Origin: an uncultured archaeon
GTDB lineage: Archaea > Thermoproteota > CALKCG01 > B24
Direction: 5' to 3'
Length of the DNA: 43,825 bases
NCBI GenBank assembly: GCA_938082915.1
Contig: CALKCG010000039.1
Location: 1-43,825 of the forward strand
Position numbers and translations under genes: made by a program. Position 1 is the first letter of the stretch; each line of letters begins with the position of its first letter. Positions 34,225 through 42,428 of the stretch are shown in pieces. The notes below the pieces were generated by a model. That model had not been told where the DNA came from. It saw only the letters and a list, made by a program, of their open reading frames with translations, and made no database searches.

Positions 34225-36546
34225 TCACGTACCCAATTTTAACATCCACCTCTCCACTCCATTTCTCTTTTCAACCTCCACTCCTCTGCTCCGCCTTTTT
34301 AATAGCTCTTTAAGCTCTTGCTTGAAAAGTTCGTCGGGCATGAAAATCCTGATAGCTCTTTCATACATTACCATCGATTTATCGCCATGCTTTTTCCACT
34401 TTTTCACTGGAGAGGATGACGTACATTTGAGACCCCTTTTCTCCGCCAGTTTACGTATTTCGCTACTGAGCTCATCAAGCCTTTTATAACACTTGCGCCG
34501 CTTGGCACCGGTACTGATGACTACTATTTGAAGCTCTGGTGGCTTCAAAGTAGTAGGAGTGGAACGTTGGCGGATTAATCGCCATTCTTTTAAGGGTTCT
34601 TCCACCTCCAGTCCTTCTTTATACGCGAAGACTCCTCCTCTTTCTTTAACGTAGGATAGAAACTCGGACAGTAGACCCTCAGAGCATCGATTAATAGAAT
34701 TGGAATTTCCCACAACTATGAGCTTGCATCTAGCCCTCGTAAAGGCGACGTTGAGCCTGTTAGGGTCTTCGACAAAGGATAGGCTTGAAGTGGCGGTGAC
34801 ACTAAATATTATGACATCCTTCTCCCTACCTTGGAAGGCATCTACAGTATTTACTTCTATTTCGTCGTCCTCTAAAGATTCCCTTAACTTACGCATCTGA
34901 GACTTAAATGGTGTAATAACACCTATCTGAGCACTATGAATACCGAGACTTTTCAATGCAAAGACCACTCTCTCGATGGCCTCAACTTCTAGTGGATTAT
35001 ACTTGGACCTCCCCTCGACTACTTCAGACCCCTCCACCTCTAGGAACACGACAGGCCTCTCGGGGTTTAGAAATTCTAAATCGGCTGGAGGCCGTCTTTT
35101 CAAACTGAGCTTTATGCCTCTGCACGCCTCAACGGGAGTTATCTTCCCTTCGTAGATGTACCTTTGTGAGAACCCTATGATATCGCTGTTACTCCTATAG
35201 TGCCATCTGAGCCACAGAGCTCTATTTCCATAGGTATCCAGCATATGGCAAAAAGCGCTCAGCTCTTTCTGAACATCTTCTTTTTCGGTCTTAAAAATCG
35301 GTAGTAATTGCTTATGATCTCCTATGAGGACCCACTTGTTAGCCTTAATCATTCCAAGCAGGGCTAATATTATGGATGCTTGACTGCACTCATCTATTAA
35401 AGCTACGTCAAACCTCTCATTCGCCAGAGGATATAGCTGAGACTTTATTAGCGTAGACCCGATGATATTAGCGGCTTTTACAAGCCTCTCGCTTTCAGCT
35501 CTAAGCATTCTGTTCCTTTCTTCAAATAGCATCCTAAGCTCTTGCCTCAGACTAACGCCCTTATCCCTGATGCTAGAATACTTATCTTTAAACCCAACTT
35601 CATACCATTCTCTCCTGAGCTCGTAGAGCCCTTTAATGTTCCTCCTCAATGCATCTATTTTGTTCTCCAATTCTTCAAGTTTAGCTCCAAGTGCCGTCCT
35701 CCTAGCCTTATAGCTTAAAAGATAGGGTCTTACGTTTTTCAGAACTTTCTCAGGTCTACCGACCCTAAGGGACTCTTCAACTGGTAAGATTTCGATGGCG
35801 TTGTCCACTGCCCTATTCGTGTGAGAGGCTATCAGAACCCTTTCACCCCTTTTAGAGAGCTCGTAGGCAGCCTTGGCTATGACCCTGGTCTTGCCAGTAC
35901 CGGGAGGCCCTATGATCAAAAGGAGTTCACTGTCATTTAGACCTAAAATATGTTCAATCGCGTCTACTTGAGAGCTGTCAAGTTGAAACTTTCCGCTCAA
36001 GTCCATTCTATCGTTGAGAGTTACTCTGCGAGGTAGGGGCATATCTACGGCATTTAGCATTACTTGAACAGCCTTCATCTCCACCTGGTCGAGCTCTCCA
36101 GTCACTATCCTGTCTATAAGCTCTAGCTGTAAGTCGTAACCAACGAGGACTTCAGCTTCGCATAGCTCTATAGACTCACCCTCCTTCAAGTCCGTAGGTT
36201 TAAACAGCCCTATGGTGGATACGGTACCACTAGCTATGACGGTTCCGAGGGGCTCTATTCCTTTTAATGGGCTTAGGCGACCTACAACGTCGCCTTCTTC
36301 AAACCTAGGAAAGCTGCATTCGATTGTAACAGCTTCATCTTCTACATCGAGGACCTCGCCTTTAACACGTTCCGTAATTGCCCTCTTCTTTTCCTCGTTT
36401 CTCTCATTTAAGAGAAGTCTTTTCATGAATTTTAAAAGCTCATTTAAGTCATCGAACAGAGTGCTCTTACCGCACTTCCAACACTTGATGGAGTCAGGTG
36501 TGATTCTCATTCCACATCTGGGGCAAAACTTCAACGATCCCTTCAC
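34225..36546 (-). CDS. Superfamily-1 helicase of the Upf1/Dna2-like (AAA_11/AAA_12) type with N-terminal zinc ribbon
   Basis: 773 aa. CPRCG...CWKCG ribbon, Walker A IIGPPGTGKTR, Walker B DVALIDECSQ, LIGDHKQLLP (motif III), long coiled-coil insertion, VNTVDAFQGREKDVIIFS and NVAFTRAR (motifs V/VI). Confidence 0.9.
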   Translation of the reverse strand: MKGSLKFCPRCGMRITPDSIKCWKCGKSTLFDDLNELLKFMKRLLLNERNEEKKRAITERVKGEVLDVEDEAVTIECSFPRFEEGDVVGRLSPLKGIEPLGTVIASGTVSTIGLFKPTDLKEGESIELCEAEVLVGYDLQLELIDRIVTGELDQVEMKAVQVMLNAVDMPLPRRVTLNDRMDLSGKFQLDSSQVDAIEHILGLNDSELLLIIGPPGTGKTRVIAKAAYELSKRGERVLIASHTNRAVDNAIEILPVEESLRVGRPEKVLKNVRPYLLSYKARRTALGAKLEELENKIDALRRNIKGLYELRREWYEVGFKDKYSSIRDKGVSLRQELRMLFEERNRMLRAESERLVKAANIIGSTLIKSQLYPLANERFDVALIDECSQASIILALLGMIKANKWVLIGDHKQLLPIFKTEKEDVQKELSAFCHMLDTYGNRALWLRWHYRSNSDIIGFSQRYIYEGKITPVEACRGIKLSLKRRPPADLEFLNPERPVVFLEVEGSEVVEGRSKYNPLEVEAIERVVFALKSLGIHSAQIGVITPFKSQMRKLRESLEDDEIEVNTVDAFQGREKDVIIFSVTATSSLSFVEDPNRLNVAFTRARCKLIVVGNSNSINRCSEGLLSEFLSYVKERGGVFAYKEGLEVEEPLKEWRLIRQRSTPTTLKPPELQIVVISTGAKRRKCYKRLDELSSEIRKLAEKRGLKCTSSSPVKKWKKHGDKSMVMYERAIRIFMPDELFKQELKELLKRRSRGVEVEKRNGVERWMLKLGT

Positions 36547-37142
36547 CTGTTGGAGGGTAAATCCAAGATTTTAGTATACTTGTCCAGTCTCCTAACAGCC
36601 CATACGAAGTCCCTCATCTTTGAGATGAATTCTCCCTTTAACCTATCTAGTTCAACCTCTCTATCAGCAGGATGCAATTTACTCGACGTTATAACTTCTT
36701 CTATCCTATGGGCTATCGAGTGTATCTCCTCGTCTAATCTCTGAAGCCCTTCCCTCAAAGAGGGTGGTATTGCTTCAATCTGTTTGACTATAAGTTTTTG
36801 TAAAACTTGCATAGCCTCTTCTTCTTTAAGACGAAACCTTTTCTCTCTTAGAAAGGAGAGCTCTTCAGACGCTTTCGTAATCACGCCTATGACATTCCAA
36901 TTAACTCTTACTTGGGCTGGAAAACGCCCACCCCAAGCCTCGGGCTCGACATTATATCCCCCATCACAACTGGCGGTAAACGGTCCGAAAAGCACATCCG
37001 TTTCAATGTTGTATAGAAAGAGAGTATCACCCTTTTTAACTTCCTTTACGGATTCCCACATTCTCTCAGTATCTCCGAAGAGCCTCCTCTGAAAGCACTC
37101 GGCCTCTGTTTCCTTTTTGCAGATAAACTTCCAGTACATCAT
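36543..37142 (-). CDS. DCD-domain (PUA/EVE-like superfamily) protein with C-terminal coiled coil
   Basis: YWKFICKKETEAECFQRRLFG ... KKGDTLFLYNIETDVLFGPFTASCDGGYNVEPEAWGGRFPAQVRV reproduces the DCD signature blocks (FG, LFLYN, G-x-F-x-A, FPAQVR). ATGA-type 4-nt overlap with the helicase start. GGAGG upstream. Confidence 0.8.
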   Translation of the reverse strand: MMYWKFICKKETEAECFQRRLFGDTERMWESVKEVKKGDTLFLYNIETDVLFGPFTASCDGGYNVEPEAWGGRFPAQVRVNWNVIGVITKASEELSFLREKRFRLKEEEAMQVLQKLIVKQIEAIPPSLREGLQRLDEEIHSIAHRIEEVITSSKLHPADREVELDRLKGEFISKMRDFVWAVRRLDKYTKILDLPSNR

Positions 37143-37573
37143 TCACAGCCTCCAATAATCCGCAACTCCTCTTAGATCCTCACCCATTGTCTCCTCTCAG
37201 AACGTACGCATCCTCTCATGAGCCTTATGGTGCACGTCCTCTCCGTTACTAAGTTCAAATGCCTCAGACAAGCTTGCCTTACAATCGATGTATACAAGCT
37301 CATATACCATACATCAGGTTTGTACATATTCGCATGTAAATTAATGAAATGCTATATAAGACTTGTTATGTTTTTATACTTGAGAATGTAATCCCACTCA
37401 GGGTACCACTCCCTACTCCGTACACCTTAATCAACCGTACAATAGATTTAACGAAGGTTAAATTTCTATCTGCCTCCTCTTAAAGCCATCTTTTCTAAAG
37501 CATTCTGCATCGTCAACCATTAAGTAGGCCCCCAGAGACATAACTATGAAGCTCCCGGCTAATCCGTAGACTT

Positions 37574-37595
37574 CCTTTCATCAGATGATGAAAGG
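37574..37595. promoter_or_regulatory. Perfect 9-bp-arm inverted repeat in a 540-nt non-coding gap
   Basis: CCTTTCATC-AGAT-GATGAAAGG, about 90 nt upstream of ORF 37685. Confidence 0.3.
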
Positions 37596-37684
37596 GAGAA
37601 ATAGGGAATTTGCGGAGTTAAGAGCGAGAGAAACCTCTAGAGACGTTTTAAATAAAACTTTACAATTGATTAAGACCAGTTATT

Positions 37685-38032
37685 ATGGGAGGTGGTGTTT
37701 TGTCCAGTCCCGAAGACAAATACGGACTTCTCCCTAGAATCTCAGAGAGCATCGCTGAGAAAATCCTCGCCGAAGTCTCGGATTTCGCATCTTTCATGAA
37801 GCACGACCCAGATGGAGCTAAGCGCTCCGTTGAGTCCGATGTAGAGTGGCTCAAGGAGAACAAGGGCTTCTTGGGCAATGCAGTCGAGGCATCGGTGGAT
37901 GCCTCGCTCGACTTATACAGTGAAACCCTAACGCATAAGGAATGGGTTGAGCTTAGGACTTTCCTGTTGAAGGGCGTCTTATTAATGATTCAAATGATAA
38001 ACGAGGCGTTGAAGAAACAAGCCATTGACTAA
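37685..38032 (+). CDS. hypothetical alpha-helical protein (115 aa)
   Basis: ORF with ATG start; no motif recognised. Confidence 0.4.
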   Translation: MGGGVLSSPEDKYGLLPRISESIAEKILAEVSDFASFMKHDPDGAKRSVESDVEWLKENKGFLGNAVEASVDASLDLYSETLTHKEWVELRTFLLKGVLLMIQMINEALKKQAID

Positions 38033-38065
38033 AAAAATTAAGACGTCTAACTTCACATTCATCAC

Positions 38066-38397
38066 TCATTTTTCTCTCCTGACATTGAGGACTTCATCCT
38101 CTACGTGATACCTCAAAGCCACTACCCTGCTCCGATACTCCCTTAGAGAATCCAAGTCTTCAGCTAGCTTTATGTCGGTTATGGTCTTGTACTTACCCTT
38201 CTCTTTGAACCGATACTCTACGGTGGAGTCTTCCCTTAAGCCCTGAAGCTTGGGGGGTCCCAGACGAAGTAATCCTCACCGCCTATCTTAACGATGCTAT
38301 ATTTTCTGCCGTCCCTCCCCCTCTTAGGCTCTATGCCTTCCATCATGTCCTTCAAGCGACCACTTGAGGAGGGGCTAGCGCATGAGGGCTTATGCAT
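38066..38397 (-). pseudogene. ~110-codon ORF split by a frameshift at a G6/C6 homopolymer
   Basis: Hand translation: MHKPSCASPSSSGRLKDMMEGIEPKRGRDGRKYSIVKIGGEDYFVWDPP| then, in another frame, KLQGLREDSTVEYRFKEKGKYKTITDIKLAEDLDSLREYRSRVVALRYHVEDEVLNVRREK*. The break coincides with GGGGGG at about 38253-38258. Length 332 nt. Confidence 0.35.
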
Positions 38398-38613
38398 TAT
38401 CAACGGGCAAGTTTTCCTATGAATCGTCTTTTAGGATAGTTTAATGACTCTAGTAAAGCTAAGTCTTCAACTTCACATTACAAGCTTAATTTGCTTAAGC
38501 GATAATTCCTTTTGTTCCCAATTGCTTTGCTGATGACTTCATGAGCCGTGAAAAGAGGGTGTTGCTAGTGAGGATGGGCTTTATTGAAAGAGAAATTGCC
38601 TTCATTTCCCATT

Positions 38614-38898
38614 TTACTCGAAGATAAGCTTAAACATCTTCTTATACGTCTTCTCTGAAGAAGTTATGGTGAAGCCCGTATCAAACATGCTTGGCTTAGA
38701 GCTTACATCTAAACTATAGTATACTAACGTTAGTTCACTTGGTTTAAGCATTATTGGAAATTTTCTTCCAGATTCCTCCTCTATCTTTATCTCGCTGAAG
38801 TTCTGACGGTTGATTAAGTCTATGCTCAAAATTAAGGTCGATATGTTTCCCACGTTCAAAATCTCAATTCCACCTTCAAATTTACCCCCTCTTGCCAC
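38614..38898 (-). CDS. hypothetical beta-rich protein (94 aa)
   Basis: ORF only; non-ATG start. Confidence 0.3.
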   Translation of the reverse strand: MARGGKFEGGIEILNVGNISTLILSIDLINRQNFSEIKIEEESGRKFPIMLKPSELTLVYYSLDVSSKPSMFDTGFTITSSEKTYKKMFKLIFE

Positions 38899-38975
38899 AA
38901 GAACTCCCTTTGAAAGCCCTAGTAAGCAGTTTCAGAATATATAGGTTTAAATACTCAAAACTGAAATAAGAGATT

Positions 38976-39161
38976 TTGATGTCAGAAGTCTCAGAGAAGC
39001 TATTGACAACGGGTGAAGTAGCCAGAAGGCTTCAAGTCAGCATAAAAACGGTTCAGAGGTGGGTTAAAGAGGGGAGGCTCAGAGCGATAAAGTATCCAAG
39101 TGGTCGTTTCAAAGTCCCCGAGAGCGAGGTTGAGAAAATATGGGAGTCGTTAAGGCAGTAG
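38976..39161 (+). CDS. Excisionase/MerR-type HTH protein (61 aa), resembling the N-terminal DNA-binding domain of IS607-type TnpA without a recombinase domain
   Basis: LLTTGEVARRLQVSIKTVQRWVKEGRLRAIKYPSGRFKVPESEVEKI. Its end overlaps the tnpB start by 22 nt. Confidence 0.7.
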   Translation: MMSEVSEKLLTTGEVARRLQVSIKTVQRWVKEGRLRAIKYPSGRFKVPESEVEKIWESLRQ

Positions 39162-40309
39162 TTTTCAAGCATAATGCTGACGTCAAACCACTACTTGAGA
39201 TGTTCAACGGAATGGTCAATGAATGCATGGAATATGCTTTGAGGCAGGGCGTCAACTCGCCGATGAAACTCGAGAGGGCATTGTATACTGAATTTAAACA
39301 GAAGCATGGGCTAGCCACTCACTACTGTATATCAGCTTGTAGAGTGGCTTGCTCAGCTTTAAAGTCTTGGAGGAGGCTTGTGAAGAAGGGAAGGGCTGAC
39401 GAAAGTAAGCCTCCAGAGTTTAAAGCGTTTGTGATGAGGCTTCAGAAGGAACTCATGAGGTTTAAAGGCGATAGGATAGTTGTAACGGTGAAACCACGTC
39501 AATGGGTTGAAATCCCTCTGATAATCGGCTCGTATCAGGCTCGATTCTTTGAGGCTTGGAGAAAGGGGGAGCTTAAACTGGGTGAAATAACGCTTTTAGA
39601 GGATAAAGCAATAGCGACTTTCAAGAAAGAGGTTCAAGAGGTTGCTCCTAAAGGCTATGCTTCAATAGACGTCAACTTGATGAGCCTAGACATTTTGAAG
39701 ACTGATGGCAAATCCCTAAGGTGTGAGAAAATAGATTTGAAGAAGCTCTACGGAATAAGAGTCCACTACTTCAAGAAGCGCAGGAGAATTCAGAAGCTGA
39801 GCAAGTGCAAGCCTAAAACATCTAAGCGGCTCATGGAAAAATACTCTAAACGTGAAAAGAGGAGGATAGACGACATCCTTCATAAGATTACGGCAAATAT
39901 TGTTAGAGAACTTGTTAAGGAAGGTATTTCACCAGTCTTTGAAAAGCTTAAAGGATTGAATTACAACGCTACGAGGAATCGCCATGCGAAGCGTAAGAAT
40001 CGCAAAGTTTCATCGTTGCCATATTGGAAGATTCAAAGATTCATAGAGTATAAGATGGCCTGGCACGGCTATAAAACTCATTATGTTAATGCAAAAAACA
40101 CAAGCAAGACTTGCCCGAGATGCGGGAGTCTATCCCAAGCTGGAGGGCGTGTCTACAAATGTAATAAGTGCGGCTACCTAGCGGATAGACACTTCGTCGC
40201 ATGCGTGAACATACTCAAGATGTGGGGACTCGGGTTCACCCCGAAAGCCCTCAATGAGTTCATCGAGAGGGAAGAGTTACGTATGTCTATAAATGACTAC
40301 GTAACTTGA
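39140..40309 (+). CDS. tnpB: TnpB-like RNA-guided endonuclease (IS200/IS605-IS607 OrfB family)
   Basis: 389 aa. RuvC-I ASIDVNLMS, RuvC-II PVFEKLKGL, zinc finger CPRCGS...CNKCG, RuvC-III LADRHFVACVNIL. The catalytic D/E/D residues appear intact. Confidence 0.9.
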   Translation: MGVVKAVVFKHNADVKPLLEMFNGMVNECMEYALRQGVNSPMKLERALYTEFKQKHGLATHYCISACRVACSALKSWRRLVKKGRADESKPPEFKAFVMRLQKELMRFKGDRIVVTVKPRQWVEIPLIIGSYQARFFEAWRKGELKLGEITLLEDKAIATFKKEVQEVAPKGYASIDVNLMSLDILKTDGKSLRCEKIDLKKLYGIRVHYFKKRRRIQKLSKCKPKTSKRLMEKYSKREKRRIDDILHKITANIVRELVKEGISPVFEKLKGLNYNATRNRHAKRKNRKVSSLPYWKIQRFIEYKMAWHGYKTHYVNAKNTSKTCPRCGSLSQAGGRVYKCNKCGYLADRHFVACVNILKMWGLGFTPKALNEFIEREELRMSINDYVT

Positions 40310-40380
40310 AACCCTAGGATGAAATATTATCCTAAGCCTACCCCTCTTTAAATACTGATAGTAGAATAAGAGGGTGAGGT
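40150..40380 (+). ncRNA. Predicted omega/right-end RNA region of the TnpB element
   Basis: Established: TnpB guide RNAs derive from the tnpB 3' end plus the right end of the element. Seen: hairpins TAGGAT-8nt-ATCCTA (40315-40334) and CCCTCTT-19nt-AAGAGGG (40342-40374). Boundaries are inferred. Confidence 0.25.
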
Positions 40381-40707
40381 TTACTACCCCAAGGATTAAG
40401 CTAAGTAGGGCTATTAGAAGCGGTTCCAACGGTCTGGCCTTGTATGCTCAACCTATGCTTAAGCTTTGGAGTATAGAGGGTGGAGCTTGGAAATTCCGAA
40501 GAGCGCGTCTCCTCCAAAAGTTCTCTCCTCAAAATAATCCTTTCTCTGAAGAGCTTGAATCTGCGCCTCTCAAAAACAAGGTAAACGCTTCCATCTTGGT
40601 CTCGGAAGCTTCCAACTTGATCATAAACTCTACCGAATAGGTCCAAGCGTGAAGTATAGTTCTTCATGACGTATTTTGATTAGAAAACGCATATTTAAAT
40701 CTTTAAT

Positions 40708-41381
40708 TTAAACCTTTGAAAGTGTGCTTGAATATTTCTCCATCCTCATCATCTTTCCCTCGGGCTTATATCCGCAAGCCAAAGCAACCTCTTCAGCTTT
40801 CTTAATGAATTTCATATCCTCATTAACAGGCTCCAATCCTGCTTTAACCAAAATCCCGTTTACCACCCTCTTAACGATTTTATCAGGCATTACGGCATCT
40901 ATTCCTTCCATCATTTTCAAATACTGAAAAGTGATTAAGCCTACGCCTTTGATTCTTCCAATGGGATCCTCTTTCCAATTTTCAAGCCTAACATTTCTAG
41001 CCCAAGTTCTTAATGCTAATTTATCATCATCGCTCAGAGTTGAAAGATAAGAAGCAATTTCCTTGGCGATAATCTATGACCTCTTATTTCTTCATACTTT
41101 TCTTAACTCGTCAATATCAGCTTCAGCTAAATCTTTAAGATTCTTAACTTTCCCACTTTCAATAAACTTCTTGTTAAATTCCTCAACCTTTGGAACTACA
41201 GCTGTAAAATAGTTAAGCCTATCGAAGTGAAGGCTGCATCTACGACCATTAAAACTACGCTTCCTCTCCATCTCTTTGTTCTGAGGCATCTTTCGCAGCG
41301 ATCTCTTAAGCCTGAAACCTTTTGCATGTAGTTATCAACTATTTTCTTTAGTAAAGACATTCGAATACCCCTAACCAACAT
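40708..41381 (-). pseudogene. Decayed gene for an HhH-motif protein (one frameshift plus two in-frame stops)
   Basis: Three track ORFs join into one reading. ...VVLMVVDAAFTSIGL|NYFTAVVPKVEEFNKKF...DELRKV*RNKRS*IIAKEIASYLSTLSDDDKLALRTWARNVRLENWKEDPIGRIKGVGLITFQYLKMMEGIDAVMPDKIVKRVV... The HhH motif GRIKGVGLITFQYL would be cut by the track start at 40920. In-frame TGA at 41092-94 and TAG at 41074-76. Confidence 0.45.
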
Positions 41382-41759
41382 TCATTATCTGAACTCAAAA
41401 TTAGATTTGTATGTTACCTTATCAAAAGTTGATCTATCCATGTCCGTTATGTGATAAGGAAACTTTAGAAGTGATCTATAGACTGAGCTACAAGGCTGCG
41501 AAGAAGAGTCGGAATGCAATTGTCGGAAGCAAAACTACTTGGAGGCGCATGAGTGAAGGAATTGTATAAATTGCTGAAGAACGTAGGAGAATTGGAAGCT
41601 AAAATAAAGCTATCGTGAAAGGATACTGACAATCTATGGACGGTTTTCATCGGTAGATAAAGCTTTTAACGTTACATGTAAGATTTAGAGTTTGAAAGAT
41701 GTATAAAGTGAACGGTTGGATTTCAGGCTTGTAGAGGGGTCTCTGAAAAAGCTTGGGAG

Positions 41760-42311
41760 GTGGGCTCCGGTGAAAGTGGTTTCACAACGTTCAGCGCTAG
41801 GATAAGAGACGATGCGTTTGACAGCACGAAGATCATTAATTTTACCACAGTTTATTTCCCAAACGTCCCAGAAATAACTCGAACTAACGCAATAATTTCT
41901 CTAGTCGGGCGATCAAATATCGCTGTTACGAATGTTTCGCCATCACAACTCACGACGGATATCGGATCAACAGTATTAATAAACGTAACAGTAGTCAACG
42001 AAGGCTACTTCTCAGAAATAGCCAATTTAATAATCTATGTAAGTATAATCGCAATTAAAACATGAAGTATATTCTTGTTACCTCGAAGCAACGGAACCTT
42101 AGTCTTCATGAGGAACACTATAGATTTTGTCATAGGCAACTACACCATACGCGCTCATGTTCAACCACTCATAGATGAGGCAGAAATAGACGACGACACC
42201 TTTAAATTTCACTTCATCCACGTTATACCAGAATTTCCATTAATCATCACTTTGCTACCCTTTATGCTCGTTTTCATCACTGGTGCTATTCCCCTAAAGA
42301 GGAGAAGATAA
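41760..42311 (+). pseudogene. Remnant of a CARDB-domain surface protein with PEF-CTERM sorting signal, N-terminally truncated and with an in-frame TGA
   Basis: Track ORFs 41760-42065 and 42075-42311 share one frame and are separated by TGA at 42063-42065. CARDB-like VTNVSPSQLTTDIGSTVLINVTVVNEGYFSE ... GNYTIRAHVQPLIDEAEIDDD. C-terminus PEFPLIITLLPFMLVFITGAIPLKRRR is PEF + TM + basic tail. No signal peptide. Confidence 0.5.
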
Positions 42312-42428
42312 AACTCTAGACATCCTACAATTTTTCTGTTAGTTGCTGTTAACAGAAGATATTTGCGTGGAACATAACATGTCTAGTAATCTTAAGGATG
42401 CAAATTTTTCTCAGCTAAATTGTTAATT

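Larger units (their letters stand above)
38946..40380 (+). mobile_element. IS607/IS605-family derivative carrying the HTH stub and tnpB (no recognisable transposase)
   Basis: Rests on gene content, two hairpins immediately after the tnpB stop, and a TTTAAATACT 10-mer on both flanks (38946-55, 40347-56). The ends are not rigorously defined. Confidence 0.4.

Noticed and set aside
34225-36546. Considered whether the SF1 helicase is the missing helicase component of the DUF1156/DUF499 operon.
   Set aside because: It is separated from that operon by about 1.8 kb containing opposite-strand genes and its own coupled DCD partner. It is treated as a separate module, although functional cross-talk cannot be excluded.
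38946-40356. 10-bp direct repeat TTTAAATACT on both sides of the HTH-tnpB unit. Considered as a target-site duplication.
   Set aside because: IS605/IS607-family elements do not generate target duplications of this kind. An A/T-rich 10-mer recurring once in A/T-rich intergenic DNA may be chance. I mention it only as a weak boundary hint.
40374-40667. Mutually antisense 88-aa ORFs just downstream of the TnpB element.
   Set aside because: The two overlap completely on opposite strands, neither has recognisable motifs, and there is no ATG-plus-SD context. The region may be right-end/guide-adjacent DNA or a gene remnant.
41411-41569. 52-codon plus-strand ORF (MLPYQKLIYPCPLCDKETLEV...) with a single CxxC knuckle. 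A second CxxC (CINC) lies only in another frame.
   Set aside because: Half a zinc ribbon with the second knuckle out of frame and bounded by stops. Possibly another decayed gene, but the evidence is too thin to annotate.
42063-42065. In-frame TGA in the CARDB/PEF-CTERM gene, considered as selenocysteine or programmed readthrough.
   Set aside because: The gene also lacks its N-terminus and signal peptide, there is no evident SECIS-like structure, and the position is not a redox motif. A nonsense mutation in a pseudogene is the simpler explanation.
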